Both the position numbers and the translations under genes were made by a program. A stretch of DNA of 62,282 nt, filler included, from Sluysia triapertura (taxonomy: Eukaryota): NCBI GenBank assembly GCA_046118255.1. It is 5 parts of 5 records of this genome, joined end to end, with 100 filler letters (N's around TTAATTAATTAA, not from the genome) between each part and the next. Parts side by side here need not be neighbours in the genome. Positions count along the whole stretch, not along the records: positions 1 to 11,521 come from JBJNIA010183801.1; positions 11,622 to 23,500 come from JBJNIA010161485.1; 3 more parts are not named here. One strand, 5' to 3'. This document shows, piece after piece, positions 1 to 14,760 of the stretch (positions are counted from its first letter, which is position 1; each line of letters opens with the position of its first letter). A model generated the notes under the pieces. It had not been told where the DNA came from. It worked only from the letters and a program-made list of their open reading frames with translations, and searched no databases.

Positions 1-53
<53 letters not shown>
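1..53 (+). repeat. (AAT)n microsatellite
   Basis: Direct read. Confidence 0.9.
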
Positions 54-54
<1 letters not shown>

Positions 55-3000
55 TTTGAGATAGCCTAAATTCATTAAATTATATAATTCAAAAGACTAC
101 CTCATTGACTAAATTGAACCTGACAAAGGAATAGTTCTTATTTCCACCTTTTCCAAAGTCTCACATATCCAGAAAATAATAAAATCTTTGATCATACAAA
201 TAAACAAAACCTTCAAATTCTGTGCATAAAAAATAACTTTATTAATAATAGTAAAATAAATCATCATCTGACAAAGCCTTAAAACAAACAAAAAAAATAA
301 TTCCAAATTAATAAAAATACACAAATATTCCTTGAAATAAACAAATTTGTATGATTTTCTTTATGACACGTAATTAAATTTGAAAGTATTGGTGAAAATA
401 AATTGTATATTAAGTATAAAATATAAATTACAAAAATGAAGATAGTTCATTCGCAAAATTCATGTTTTTTTCAACTATATCGATTAAATTAATATCCTTC
501 TCTTAGTATTTAACCGCTTATAGTAAATTAATATACCCATAATTAATAAACTTCACAACAACTCTAAAGCAACTCTTCTGACATTTTTCTAAAAACAGCC
601 AATAAAAATATAAATTCTAAAAAAATGAAACTGTATAAAAGGAAACCCATGAAGTGAAATAAAATTATTATAGAGTAGAAAATTAGAAACCCTTCAAAAA
701 AGACTTCTGTTTCATTTGTACTCTTCAGTATTTATATTTTTTATATTTATTTTTTATTTAACACAATGCAAGAAATAACAAATTTGTAGCAACACATTCA
801 TTGCAACTTAACGAGATCTCTCAAATCTAATTTGTTTACAACCGTACACTGACCTTGATTGCATATTTGATACAAAAAATGGTTAAATTATTTAATTTAA
901 TATTTTCAACAATTTCTTTAAAATCTAACAGAATACCAAATTTAAAAACTAAATTACCACTGTAATATGCTTAAAAATCTATTGTATATATTTAATTTTT
1001 TCCTATCAAAAACATTTTTAAAAATTCATCAGTTTAACCACAGCTTTTGTAATAATTGAAATATAACTTATTTCTTCATAAATATTCGTATATACATAAA
1101 AAGTGCTCTTAAAATTTTTTGCACTGTCATATTTCTGCTTAATAATTAAATACTTTAAATCTATAATCAAATAAAATGTTTTACATTGATATTTTCAATA
1201 AACCTTATAAATTTACTACACAAATATTAACTAAACTGAAAATAATAATTCAAATAATTTTTATATTTAAATCGTCAACAACATATAAACATACCATAGT
1301 CCCAAAAAGATTATTAATATTAATGTTAAAAAATAATTCAAACCTCTTGCGTAAAATCTAACAATAATTAAAACATTAAATATTAATCATGGGGGAAATC
1401 CAATAAAATTTAGAAACACTAACATATTTTTATTTTTAATGCTAATTATATATAGATCAAAATCCCATAAATATTACAACAAATAACCTTTCTATCTGTT
1501 ATCTACATAATACCTATTGATCGTGCTTTTATGCACTCTGTAACATGATATCTTTCACTAAGCGAATGAATCATAAATTTACACTGACTTTTCTTTGATA
1601 AATTAAATTTTTAAAATTTGTAAAATATAGTCAGATATTTATGGGCGGAGGCAAAATAAATATGTGAATCTTAAATAAAAAAAACTATTATTTAAAAATT
1701 AACCATATCAAAGACAATAAAAACTTTTTTCGATAAACATTGAATTATTTTTATTACGGAATTTTAGCCACGATTTATAAAGAAAAAATTTATAATTCTC
1801 TACTTTCTGAAATCTCTTTAAAAAAACAAAAACTAATAAAAATTAAGTTTTAAAAATTTTGTAAACATTAAAAAATCAAAACAAATCCTTTGAAGTAATA
1901 GAGTAAACCTTTAAATACCAATAATAAAAGTCATTAATGTAAACAATATAATAATAGAAAAATCATTGTTTCTTTTTATCTTTGTTAAAGAATAATATAA
2001 TATAAACAAGTTATATAAAAATTCTGTACTATCGTAAGTCAATGACGAAACTGAAAGTAACATTAACATTTAGTAGATATATCTAACATTTATAAATTTA
2101 AATCAAAAGACAACTATTATACATGAATAGTAAGATTGTTCATAAAAAATGGTTTACGTAGGCAGAGTTGAATTTAAAAATCTGTTTACAGCACACTTTC
2201 TAGTTTTTATAAATTTGTATATTAAAGGTTAAAATAAAAATCACTAGCATAAATTTAAAATCTCTTAAAATAAATTTTCTTCACTTAACCCATATAATTC
2301 AATACGATATAGCGTCTAAAACCTTAAAGGAATATTAGCTATATTATGATCTTGCCGACACGGACATGAATCAAATGTCACCAAAATATTACATACAATT
2401 ACATCATTCATTGCATATTTCTTCCGAAAAGACTTTAAAAAGTTCCCCCAATTGGTATAAGAAATTTTAGACAAATTAAAGCTCTGTAGGTAGACTAATT
2501 ATTAATAATATCAAATATAGTTTAGTGGGAAAGATTTCTGATTTTATATAAAAAAGGGATGTTTCCCTCATCTTCTACTTCTTCTCCTTTCTAGCAATTC
2601 TTTCTTCTTCAATACAATAATTAACACCCAACAAGATTTTAATAATGAATTTCACAGGCCAATTCCACGCACAGAGATGGTGACCAATTACCTCTTCTAA
2701 TCACTATGGACTTGTCGGAAATGGAGGATTATGAAGCTTTTCAGACAAAGAACCAATTATTTTGGATTTGGACGACATTTATTAAACAATCTTAACAATT
2801 TCTTTTACAATTTATAATCAATATTAATAGTGACATTTATTATGATGTATAAATTTTATTCACAATTATTATTCCTTATTTATATATACTTTCTTTTCTT
2901 CTCTTATTATTTTAATTTTTTTCAAACAGGCAACTGCTATTATGTTGATTCTATTAATCACGTGATATTAATGTTAATTTTGGTTAATATGCTATAATTT

Positions 3001-3963
3001 TGAATACAATAATTTTAATGAATTCAAATATTTTTCATTAAAAGTTATTCCATTGATTTAGTTTATCATCCTGATTTAAATTTGAAACTTATAATTTTTT
3101 TAACCTTTATTATTATTGTTGGGATTGGTGAAGGATAAGGGTAGATGTAAGGGTTATGACTCAGGATATCAGAATAAGTTCAACGTTATTAAAGAAATAA
3201 GACGAGGCATTGTGATGAACTGTAATTGTAAGATAAGTATATAAAATACTTAAATTAAAACAAAATAATGAGAAATATGAAGAAATAACCATTTACAATG
3301 TTTTATTTTTTTAATATGTTAAAGTTTATTTTAATTAATTTAATTAAAATTTGTTAATTTTATAATTCAGTAAAATGTTTGCACATGATAAGATGATATT
3401 GGATTTAGTGTTACTAGTTTTACTAGTGTTTTTAATGATGAAGTTTTGCGAAGCACGTCAACATAGATAACGCAAAGATTCGTTATTTTAATTAATTTTT
3501 ATAATTTGAAATTAAAGTTAAATATATTCCGATGTCTAAGTATTACTAAAGTATGTATCAGATTGATGCCTATAGAGAGATCAATTCAACGCATTGATAC
3601 AGAATACTTCTGTGAGAAATAAATTAATTATTTCATTAATTTTATCTTTAAATTAAGTCGACAAATTACGTTATTAGTATAATAGCAATGTAACAATGAT
3701 TTTAAATTTTAATTATATGATATTAAGATAAGGGTATTGTTTACCACAAATCCCATTATCTTTAGATAATTAGAATGATCATGAATTTGAACACAGACAA
3801 AAGGTTGTCGAATTTAATCGGCGAAATTAGTCGGCAAAAATCGACAGCTTTAATTTCCGTCTTGTTCAAGTTTTTATTTTTAATTTCCCTAATTATCATA
3901 AAAATGCTATATGAGCAGCTACATTTCTGCAAGAAAATTAGAAGTAAAAACGAAATGCCCGCA

Positions 3964-5147
3964 TGTGTGCAGTATACGTCAATTAAATTTTGAAAAATAC
4001 TGAATAATTCAATGGTATATTTAATTTGAGTTTAAATTATATTGTTATTTTAGATACATTTTGTATTATACGAATAATAAATAAAATTAAGCAATCTTTT
4101 TAACTCTAGGGAAGCTGCTTTAGTTCATCAGTGGATAACGGTGAAACTAAAGTCATTTCCTTAGCTTCTTTTGATGAGAATGGTTAGTAATAGATTTCTT
4201 ACTGTTTATATTTGTGATTTGTCTTTAAAGAATAATTTAAATTCTTATAGAGTAATTTGTATTGCCATTGTTATAAAAAATAATTTATAAATTTATATAT
4301 ATTCTAGTTGTAACCTTGTGATAATATAACGAATATATCGAGATTTTGAATTTATTTAGTTATCGAGTTTTAATTTGATAATGTGGAAAAATAAAAGTAT
4401 TAAAAGACACAACATTATTATTATTATTATCCACATGATAAAAATATTAATTATTAAATTTTCTGCTTGTCAGTAACTTATTTACTTGGCTCATATCTAT
4501 AAAGAAATTCTTCAGCAAAATAAGTACAAACTCTATTGAAAATTCTTTAATTGTTAACATAGCTATACAGACACGCGTACTTTAAGTTTTAAGCTCTGAA
4601 TTATATCCGATCTCATTAATTTAACTATGTCGCAGTAAAATAAAATAATAGCAAAAATAATTATTTTTTTATTTAAACATGTACTATGTACAAAATTGTT
4701 GTAATTCAAATAATATGTATTTCAATTTATATTAGCTATAATAATCATAAATGATCTACTGGTTTTCTTAATGTATAAATCTATTAATGGTTTCCGAAAG
4801 TTACTGTCCAAGTTTCACTTTTGTCATGATTTCAAACTGATACTACATAAATAATTTATCTTATTATATCTTAAATGATAAATTTTCCATATTTATAATT
4901 TATTGTTAAAGTTATTATTATTTTGTATATTATTGAATTTTAAAGAATACAATTTTTTTTAAAATTTCTGTGTTGAAAAGTTATAAAACTCTTTAATTTT
5001 CAGTTTCTTCTAGGCAGAACATGTCTACATTGTGTGTGTAGTATAAGTCAATTAAATTTTGAAAAATACTGATTAATTCAATACTATATTTAATTTGAGT
5101 TTAAATTATATTGTTATTTTAGAGATATTTTGTGTTATACGAAGAAT
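3964..5147 (+). repeat. Pair of about 115-bp direct repeats (3964-4076 and 5033-5147)
   Basis: TGTG..AGTATA.GTCAATTAAATTTTGAAAAATACTGA.TAATTCAAT..TATATTTAATTTGAGTTTAAATTATATTGTTATTTTAGA at both sites. Confidence 0.85.
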
Positions 5148-6127
5148 ATAAAATGTAAAATACTAATATTAATGAGTATTAGTTATTTTAAGATCTATAT
5201 AGAAATTTTACTCGTGTGATGCACTTAAATGATAGTTTATATTAGAGATTTCAATATTTCGTAGTCTTTGTAACACCTTGAATTCATAATATTCTGTTTT
5301 CTGAATGCAATTATGGTTACTATGAAATTTTTATCACTCATTTGTGTTTTTTATCTCGCTAATATTTTATTTTATTGAAATAACGATGAAAACGCATAGT
5401 GCAATGGATTCGTTGTCACTCCAGTAAAGCAATTAAAATCGATATAATTTTATTCTCATCCAAATCCAAATTGGTGGCGAGAAAGTATTGTTTCTACGCA
5501 ATTTTAAAATATATGTTCATTTCTTTATTATTTTTATAAGTTTGAGTATGCAGCTGGAAAAATAAAAACAATACTAATAATTTTAGTAATTTAAGATCAA
5601 AAAATGTATCTCTAAATTCTATGTAATTTCTAAAATGCATACTATTTTATTTATTTGGTAAATTATTGGACTTACAAAGCGTTGTTCAAAACGAGAAAAA
5701 CTTAGGAAGCTGTATTTAGTGAAGTTCTTTTTCACAATAATCTACTATTTTACATTTTGTCATTTTAATATATTCCTCAATGATTGTTTTTATTTCCCAA
5801 AGAAATTTATAAATGATTCTTACTTTAACAGCTGTCTATCATCAGTATTAATTTTATGTTTATATTACATATTCAGAAAAAATGTAATTAAATGGAATTT
5901 TTTTAATTTTATTTTCCGTAGAAAACATTTTGTTTTTATTGTCTTATTAAATTGTAATATCACAATAACATTTTGAAGGAATGTATTTGTATATTTTAAT
6001 AAACATGCTTTCTTCTAAAATTAATCTAATCTAATAATTTATTCAAACATTTCTTAAATTTAATTCGACGGAGTGGTTGCAGAAAAACATTGATGAAATT
6101 AAAGTTAAATTTCGAAAATTAATTTTA

Positions 6128-6149
6128 ATTATTTATTATTATTATCATT

Positions 6150-6211
<62 letters not shown>
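6128..6211 (+). repeat. (ATT/ATC)n microsatellite
   Basis: Direct read. It produces the spurious poly-Asn ORF 6129-6353. Confidence 0.9.
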
Positions 6212-7604
6212 GTTCACCTATAGTTTTAGTTGAGCATTCTTTGATATGCGGAACATTGTAAATTTTCTGAATTAGTTTAAATATATTTGGCGTCTTTTTC
6301 ATTAAATGCAATATATTTAAGATATTGAAACATAAAATGCATATTATCAACAATATTACATTATTTCACTTTCAGAAAGTGAAAAAATTAATTTAAATTA
6401 TTCACCAACATTATCCACTGGAATGAATTGTACGATATTTTCGTTAGTTTGTTGTAAAATATAGTCATTATCAAACTTAATTTGATTATGTACTTAATTG
6501 TTTATATACTTCAAAAATTAAGGTTTAAAATATCTTTATTAGTAAAGCAATAAGAGATAATTTGTACAACTGAGAGTAATTTATAACTAATTAGAAGAAA
6601 TTTGATGTAAGCTCTCCAAAAACATTAATTTCGGCGAATACGATGACTTTTTAACTTTATTAGAAGGATAAGAATTATTTTTAATAAAAGTATAACTTTT
6701 TAATTGGTCATTCCATATTTTATCAAATAAAGTATTAAAACAAAATTTATTATTACATTTTAAATTGATATAATAGAGTTAATTTTGACACTTATAAGTT
6801 TTGATAAAGTTCAGTTTCTCCAATGTCAAAATTATCATAAATTAAAAAGATTCAGTATTATTTATTAGTTACATTGAAGACAATTCAATAGAATCATGAA
6901 TCAATATCATGTTTATTTGTATTTATTTTGAATTTTTCTAATAATATTTACAAATCGTTTCATTTAAGTACATATTAAATTTTATAAATTCGAATACATA
7001 AATGTAAATATAAAAATTATTATAATTAATAATTTACTCAAAAAAAAACAATTTTATTTAAATACTAATAAAATAAAATTTAAAATTTATTGTCTGTTTA
7101 CAATTAAAATAAACATATTGAAAATACAAAACAAAAATCAAATTAAAATAATGAATAAATTACTAAAAAGCTGAATGTTTTGTAAGTAAAATAACATTTA
7201 AATATTAAAAATAAAATGTAAGAGTAAAGCTAAAACAATTTTAAAGCAAATATAAATATAAATTCTTACCAACTGAAATTCAAATTTACACATGTATATA
7301 TTATGTATAAAACTACTAATAAATGATAAAAAATATGTAAATATTAAAAAAGACTTTATTATATATATTATTATTAATTATATAAAATTATTTATATAAG
7401 AAATAATCACAATTTGAGAATTGATAACACATCGTCAATTTAACAAATATTGGCTTGTGTAAATACAATTTTTAATCAAAATAAAATCTAATATTACATT
7501 AAATAATTGAATAGAATTGATTATAAAATTATCTTTTTATTTAATAATTTAAATTTATTAAATCTAATGTTTTAAAATAACGTTGCTTCAGACACTAAAC
7601 TTAC

Positions 7605-7702
7605 TTCTTCCCATTGACTGACATATCGAACTAATCGGCTAAGACGTAACAGACGCAAAAGACTAAGCAATTTTGCTAATCGTAAAATTCGCAAAGCTCG
7701 AC
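7605..7702 (-). CDS. HCN: Internal exon of an HCN (Ih) hyperpolarization-activated cyclic nucleotide-gated channel: S4 voltage sensor
   Basis: The reverse strand reads tttag|GT CGA GCT...GAA GAA|gtaagt and translates to (G)[32 protein letters not shown], the characteristic invertebrate HCN S4 / S4-S5 linker sequence. Splice sites are canonical AG/GT. The exon is 98 nt, too short for the ORF track. No other HCN exon was recognised in this contig piece. Confidence 0.93.
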
Positions 7703-9323
7703 CTAAATTAAATTATATTATAATATATAAAAGAATATAATATAATTATTAAAGTATAATTATTGACTTTAAGAATTTGATAATTTTAGTACATGAAATA
7801 AGACATTTAATTTATTTCTAACAATAAACTTTAATATTAATATCTTTCATAATTTTAATAGTAAATAAACAAGTTTAAAAATTAATTAAAATATGTTATA
7901 AATCCATTATAATATTAGAATTAATATGCCTATTGTCGATAATTGTTTTACTAAAGTAACATTATATTCTAAAAATTATTAGAAATTTATTTGTTTCTAA
8001 TGTTCCATGTAACAGTCATTGTGTTTAATATAAAAAATGGTATATATATTGTATTTTAGTTTCAGAAAAATAAAAATCGAATAAATCAAACATTTTATTT
8101 CTATTTATCATGTTTGTGATTGATTCAATCGCAATTATTATTTATTTAATAAATAATTATATTTTATAATAAATGTAAAAAATTTTACTTTAGAAGTCGA
8201 TTAAATTCAGCAGCAACTCTAAGAAGTTTGTAAGACAAGGAAAACAACGAGAAACAAATTTATATATCACTTAAGCATCATATAATAAAATTATGTTCAA
8301 GATTTGAAGCTTTTGGTTACATTACAGAAATTACTACAAAATATAATAACAGAAAACAAAAAAACATTTATTAAAATAAATCATTGAAGGAGAAAACAAT
8401 GAAAACTAGAAAAATAGAAATTAGTTTCGACAAAAAGTTTCATTTATAGATTTTAATTTTGTTTTCTTATTAGTTTGCCGAAGCTTGGGATAGTAATTAA
8501 ATAAACATATCAAAACTTATTCCACTTTAATTTTCAGTTAGAGTAAATAATTCTCTAATTAATCTTGTTCAACGTTGATACAATATTTTGTGCTTTTTTT
8601 TACCTAATTTAAGCACAAATTTCACCGATGTTAATAATCACATTTTATTTTAGGGCTATAATGAACATTAAATATTTTAAAGGTTCTGAAAATGTTATCA
8701 TCTAAGTGATAAATCAGTTTGTTAAATTACAACTTCTGCTTCACTTAATTTAGATGAGAAACAGACTATTTTGCTCAAAGGTATCAACAATGACTACATC
8801 TCATTTATTATCTAAAGACAAACATCCTGTTACTTTTGAGTTTTTAAATTTGTTAACACACCTTTTACTATTTGATTAATCCACGTTGTTTAAATTTTTC
8901 TAACACATAAGTTTTTTCATTTTTATTGCTTTGTAATATTATCATTTGAAACAATATCCAATCTTATGAACACAGGAAATACTTCTGCCTTTGTGTTATG
9001 AAACACAAATTTCTAAAATATATATGATTGGTCAATGAGAAAAATTAAGTAAATGAAAAAAAAATAAGTTTAACATATACACTTAAATTCCTTCGAAAGT
9101 GCATTTTGAGTTTTTGTTTAAGCATTTACAATGTTGATAATATATATAGTTGTTGATAATATATATAGTACATGAGTTTGCACATAAAGCACAACAAATA
9201 TCTTATAATTCTTACTTTTCACCTCTTTTCATGGGCAATAATATATATTATTCACATAACCTTCTCTTACATAAATAAGTACTTTAAACTCATTCGTTAT
9301 TACATTTCTAAAAGATAATAATA

Positions 9324-9362
<39 letters not shown>

Positions 9363-11042
9363 TAATAATTTACAATCAATAATATTATAATTTTATCCAC
9401 TGATACTTTATCAGCAGTTAGATGTTTGTTGAAAATATTATTTCTTATCTGAAGTATTTTCTTGGAAAATATGTTTTATAATTAAATAAATTGTTAATTA
9501 TTGAATATACAAACAAAAACAATAAAAGATAATTTAGATAAAAATAGAAATAAAATGCGTAAAATATGTTACAAGAATTATGTAAGAGAAGAATGAGAAA
9601 TAAATAAGCCAATAATTTATAATCGTGAGCTAACATTTTTGACAAAAAATATAAAATTTTTATTATCTGTGCAAAGTTTGACTGCTAAATACTTAATTAT
9701 TTATGAATTATTTGTTGCCATTAAATTTGTTATAATTTTATTACTGTAACGTATAGCTTTAGATATTATCAAATATTTATCAATAAAATACTCTCAATTA
9801 CATAAATACACCTCAAATTGAATCAAAAATTAATTAAGAATTTTTTATTAACAGTCTCTTTGCAAAAAAATAATTTTACAGCTTTTATGCATATCAAATT
9901 TTTAGTGGTAAAAATTTTAGAAGCTATTTTTTAGGAAAATTTTAGCAAACTTTAGAAGCTACTTTAAAAACAGTATTCATATTAAATTGTAATGAATTAT
10001 ACATAAGAAATCCATTACTTTGTTAGTCTTTAGTTTATTATTTGTGCAATTTTTAAATTTGTATTCTGTCATTTTAATTTTGCATATTGAATTTGTACTT
10101 AACTTATAGTTTGTGTTATTTGAAAGCAAATAAGCATAAAGTAATTTTATATTTTTAATTTACATTATAATTCATAATAAATAATGTTATTTTGCAATGT
10201 AATATTCATAATTACATGAATAACAATTAAGATAATTAAATGGCTTCATACCACGTATTTCAAATAAAGAATAACGCTAAGTTTTTCGATGTGAAAACAA
10301 AGCATTACATTGAATAATAGTTAACACATAAAAATCTAATCTTAAAAATTACTTATTAATGCCAAAAATTTTTAAGTTAAATTTAATTATTGTATATTAA
10401 TTAATTAATTAAATTTTTTCTCTTCTTTACTATTAGATCCATTACAATAATGTATTTTTATATTGATTTTTAGTTTAATTATTTTTCTTATTTTATAAAT
10501 TCACCGGAAATTTAACTTTAGATTATGTTCAGTATTAAATGCCTATTTTTATAATTTTTATGAATACTAGTAATAGTTCCATTTTGAAAGAAATATCAAA
10601 AATAATTATTAGACATTATATTTTTATTTTTTTGCGATAATGTTCCAGTTTTGCTTCTTATTTATTTATTTATTTATGAATATTATGTATAATGTAAAAA
10701 ATTTGTCCATTACGATGTTAAAAGATTTGTTATCATGGTTTTAGATTGTTATGTATTCTTTATTTAATAATGTATCACTAAACCATCTTATATCATAATA
10801 TATAATACACTTTATAAGCAAGTATCAAAAATATCGGTTTATTGTAGTAATAATTTCATTTAGTACGTTTTTTTAAATGATACGTTGAAAATAAAAATCA
10901 ACACATTGTCGACTTGAAAGCAGATGACGGCTATAGCTGATAAATTATTTCCATTAATAAAAGCGGGCCACATGAATTAATGCAGTTTCCAATTGCAAGA
11001 TAAAGTAGTACTTAATGCTAAGAATAAAACATAAAATTGTAA

Positions 11043-11095
11043 GTGAGTCCACCAACGTATTGGTCTTACAGACTAAACGGCCAACCGTTGGATTT
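11043..11095 (+). repeat. Stem-loop repeat family, copy A
   Basis: GTGAGTCCACCAACG...CCGTTGGATTT, preceded by AGAATAAA. Confidence 0.8.
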
Positions 11096-11521
11096 TTCGT
11101 AAAAGTAAAATGGAGGTTAATAATTTATTTAAGATTAGGTTTCTCTGGATTAGTATATCAAAAAATAAATTTAAACAAATTTAACAATGATAAGTATAAA
11201 ATATCAAATAATTCAATAATGAAATAAGTGTGATTTTAGGGGCAAATATAGATTTTATATTGATTTTGATTGAAGTTTAAAAATCTTATTATAATTGAGG
11301 ATTTTTCTCAGGTTTGGTTATACAAACCTTTTTTAATCAGTAGTTTACTTGGGTTCAAATAAACTGAACCCTTATCAAAATTACAGAAAGTTACTTAGGT
11401 TCTTTCTCGAACCTGTACATGTAAATTATAAAATTAATAAGATAATTTACTACAAATTTTATTATAAAACAAAAATGTTTATATACAATTGAAAATATAT
11501 AAATTAAATAATAAGATTATA

Positions 11522-11621
11522 NNNNNNNNNNNNNNNNNNNNNNNNNNNNNNNNNNNNNNNNNNNNTTAATTAATTAANNNNNNNNNNNNNNNNNNNNNNN
11601 NNNNNNNNNNNNNNNNNNNNN
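11522..11621. other. Artificial contig linker N44-TTAATTAATTAA-N44
   Basis: Exactly 100 bp, with a palindromic six-frame stop cassette. Identical at four sites. Confidence 0.97.
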
Positions 11622-13099
11622 TGAATTGTGTGATGGTTATAGTTAATGAGTATGGTTGTGTTTAATGTTATTTTTTAAAAGGATTTATTTTGATCCTAAA
11701 TTATGGGGTTGGCCACTACAGTTGCTTTAGATTGATTCTCATAAATTTCATTATTTACGAATTTTAATTAATGAATTTTATTAAATTTAAATTTTATATA
11801 ATAAAAAAGAGTTTAAATAAAATAACTCAACAATAAATCTTATAGTCAATAATTATTCAATTTCCATCATATAATATCTTTTTGCCTTTAAGTTTAACCA
11901 AGATGTTTGCATATGATAATGGAGTTACGACTGTGGGTGAGTTGAACTCCCAAGAAAGATTTCTCTGTTTGTGAAATGTCAGTAAAATAGAGATTGAGTG
12001 TTCGTTCAATATCTAGCTTATGAATATTGTAGAGATTGAAGATGATTGAATATATTACAATTGCAAAGGTAATGTCTGAAGTTGGATAAGACTTTATTTT
12101 CTGGATAATGTAAATTCTGTGTCTAATGAGTCATTTTCTCATTGTGATATCCTGATTTATCCTATGAATTTTTATAAATCGTATGAACACCATTTTATAG
12201 TGCTTAGTAATTTTAAAACAAATTTTATTATTATACCTATTATTTACAACCTCTACAATATTAAAATATTTAAAAATTTTAAAGATTTATCAATAAAAAT
12301 TATAGAAGATTTAAGAATATCAAAAAAAGAGTACTGTCGATATGAATAAGTTCAGCTTCTTGATGTAATCATTGTAAACTTCATCTCCATTGTTATTGAT
12401 ACTGTCGACTTTCATGGTTTACTCTTGATGATATTAAAGAGTAGTTTCTCTATAAATTCTATAATTTATAGGGACTTTATTTGGTGTACTTTATTCGATA
12501 TATTAAATAATTAAAATGAGTTCTCAGTTGTCAGTATTTATCGTATTCCTTACTCTTTGTTCTTATTTCTCAATTCCCAGTTTACTAAAGTGTGCAAGAT
12601 TTTATCTAACTTAACGATTTTATAACGATAGAGCCACTAATAATAAAATTATGCATCAACTGAAATTCAAAGAAAATTTCACTCAGGCGTTATCGACAAA
12701 ATACAGTTTTATTTAATTCAACAAAAGAATTTTTCTTTTATTTAATTTACTGATTTTATAAAATATCTAATAGTAAAATTAACAATAGAGAAATTTTATT
12801 TAACCCTCAAATCAAATGAATTAATGAAATAATACAATGAATTAATTGAAATTGTCAGTTAATAATAAATAAAAATTTTATAAAAAATCGAACAATAAAT
12901 GTATTTGCTAGGATTATAGTTAAATATGTGCAACAGTTTCTCGACCAAATTAATCCCGTAATGTTTATCGTCTATTTGATCCGTCACTCTATTTTCTGTA
13001 TTTTTATTATTTTCATATCTAAATTTCACAATATTTATTGATTAGGATTTTCACATAAAATTTTATGTATAACAATAATTTGTTCTAATATTATTTAGT

Positions 13100-14760
13100 T
13101 AATTTACTATTTCGCACATCATTTACATGTATTATTTTACACTTCATTTTGCTCTAATTCATTGTGGCTCATCATACTTTCAAAATGTCCTCATAATTTC
13201 ACATCATCAACATTTATATTTAAGTCAGACATTCGATTAATAAGCTTTCATTTAACTTATTTTCAAACATTCAATTTAATCAGTCGTAACATTTAACATT
13301 CGGTTATGGCAAGTATTATATTTATTCAATTAGAACATAACTTATTTTCAATTATTATTTAATTTGTTTACATTGAGTATTACATTATTGCAATTTTATT
13401 TGCATTTACGTACTCGATAAACTTTGGATCATTAAGGATTTCATAGCATAACTGTCGTATTTCATCTGACTTGCCTAATTAATAGTCTTTTCAGCTATTA
13501 ATGCTTCAGTTTTCTATAAAACCTACCTAACATAAATTTATTTTAGAAAATAGAGTTCTAGACTGCTAGAACAATACTAGACCACTCAGTTAAGGGTTTG
13601 CCTATAGGATTTTAATTATATCAATTAACAGGGTTGTTTATTTAACAGTACTATTACTTGTATTAGTTTGCTCGCCTGCTATGATTAATATTTATTTATT
13701 AGATATTTTAGGTCCTTATTTAAAATAGTATTTTAAAGGCTTGTTTAAAATGGCCTTTTGAAAAAACAATCTAATATTCAAGTTAATAAAATTGAAGCTA
13801 CATAAGTTAAAATAAATTAATAATCAATGCAAATTTAAAAGGTTTATTGACAAAAGCTAAAAAGATATAGTATGGATAATATAGAAAAGTACGTAACTAT
13901 ATTAAAGTTGCTAGGAATTTTAATTGATAAATAGCGTTGACATCGTATAAATGAATTATTGTGGGCCTGATAAAAATTTGTTATATCAAATCTTCTAGTA
14001 TTTTGCTTAGCTTCTTATTTATCTCTTTAAAAATTGGTTTTGTACCTAAACTGTTAACTTGGCTCATCACTTATATTTACTGTTAATGGGGAACCACGGC
14101 AATAGCCACTTATCCGCAGAAATAAGCGAATCTCGAATATTTAATACGTATCGCACTTTGTTTCCCAAATCTAATGTCCTTTCATTTCTTATTGGTTTTA
14201 AGACTTATTTCTAAACAACCAGTATGATTATTCTTTAGTAAAACTGTTTTTCTTTATAGAAGAATAATGAAGTCAGCTTGCATATGAATACTTAAACCAT
14301 CTACACAATTTACATTTTACTTTGAACAAAAGAAAGCTTACGGCGATTTGACATCATAACAATCATCATTATTTATAACTTTATCATTAAGACCAGTTAT
14401 GGTTTAGCCGTAGTGGAATGAAAATTTTATAGTTATTAAAGAAATTGTTTACTATTAATTTGATTAAAATTCTTCCTTGATTAAAAGAATGGTGCTTAAG
14501 ACACTGAAACACCTGCTGATACTTAAAATTAAAGACAAAACTGAAGATCCATTGATAAAAATTAATTGTATACTATTAAAATTTGTGATTTGATTTCACC
14601 GTTACAGCGTCTACTGGCAGCCTGTAGCGACACATCCAAGCATCTTCGAGATTTTAACCTTAATAACGTAGATAATTGGGATAAAACTTAAAATGCTACC
14701 ATTATGCGGACTAGTGTCTTCTGATACCCATGTTTTTCAAAATCAGGGTAAGCGTTGAAC
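13100..14760 (-). mobile_element. Possible highly decayed LTR-retrotransposon remnant
   Basis: Raised GC and scattered pol-like fragments (for example KWLLPWFP at about 14100) with many stops. No intact motif. Confidence 0.25.

Noticed and set aside
6129-6353. Poly-Asn ORF
   Set aside because: Translation of an (AAT)n microsatellite.
5380-6900. Possible decayed hAT transposase on the minus strand
   Set aside because: Only isolated 3-4 residue resemblances (e.g. IHC), which is not supportable.
109-12349. Short F/I/L/N/K-rich ORFs in the track (109, 1176, 3775, 5719, 9445, 11015, 12119 and similar ones elsewhere)
   Set aside because: Composition is as expected for random ORFs in AT-rich DNA, with no motifs or splice-consistent structure.
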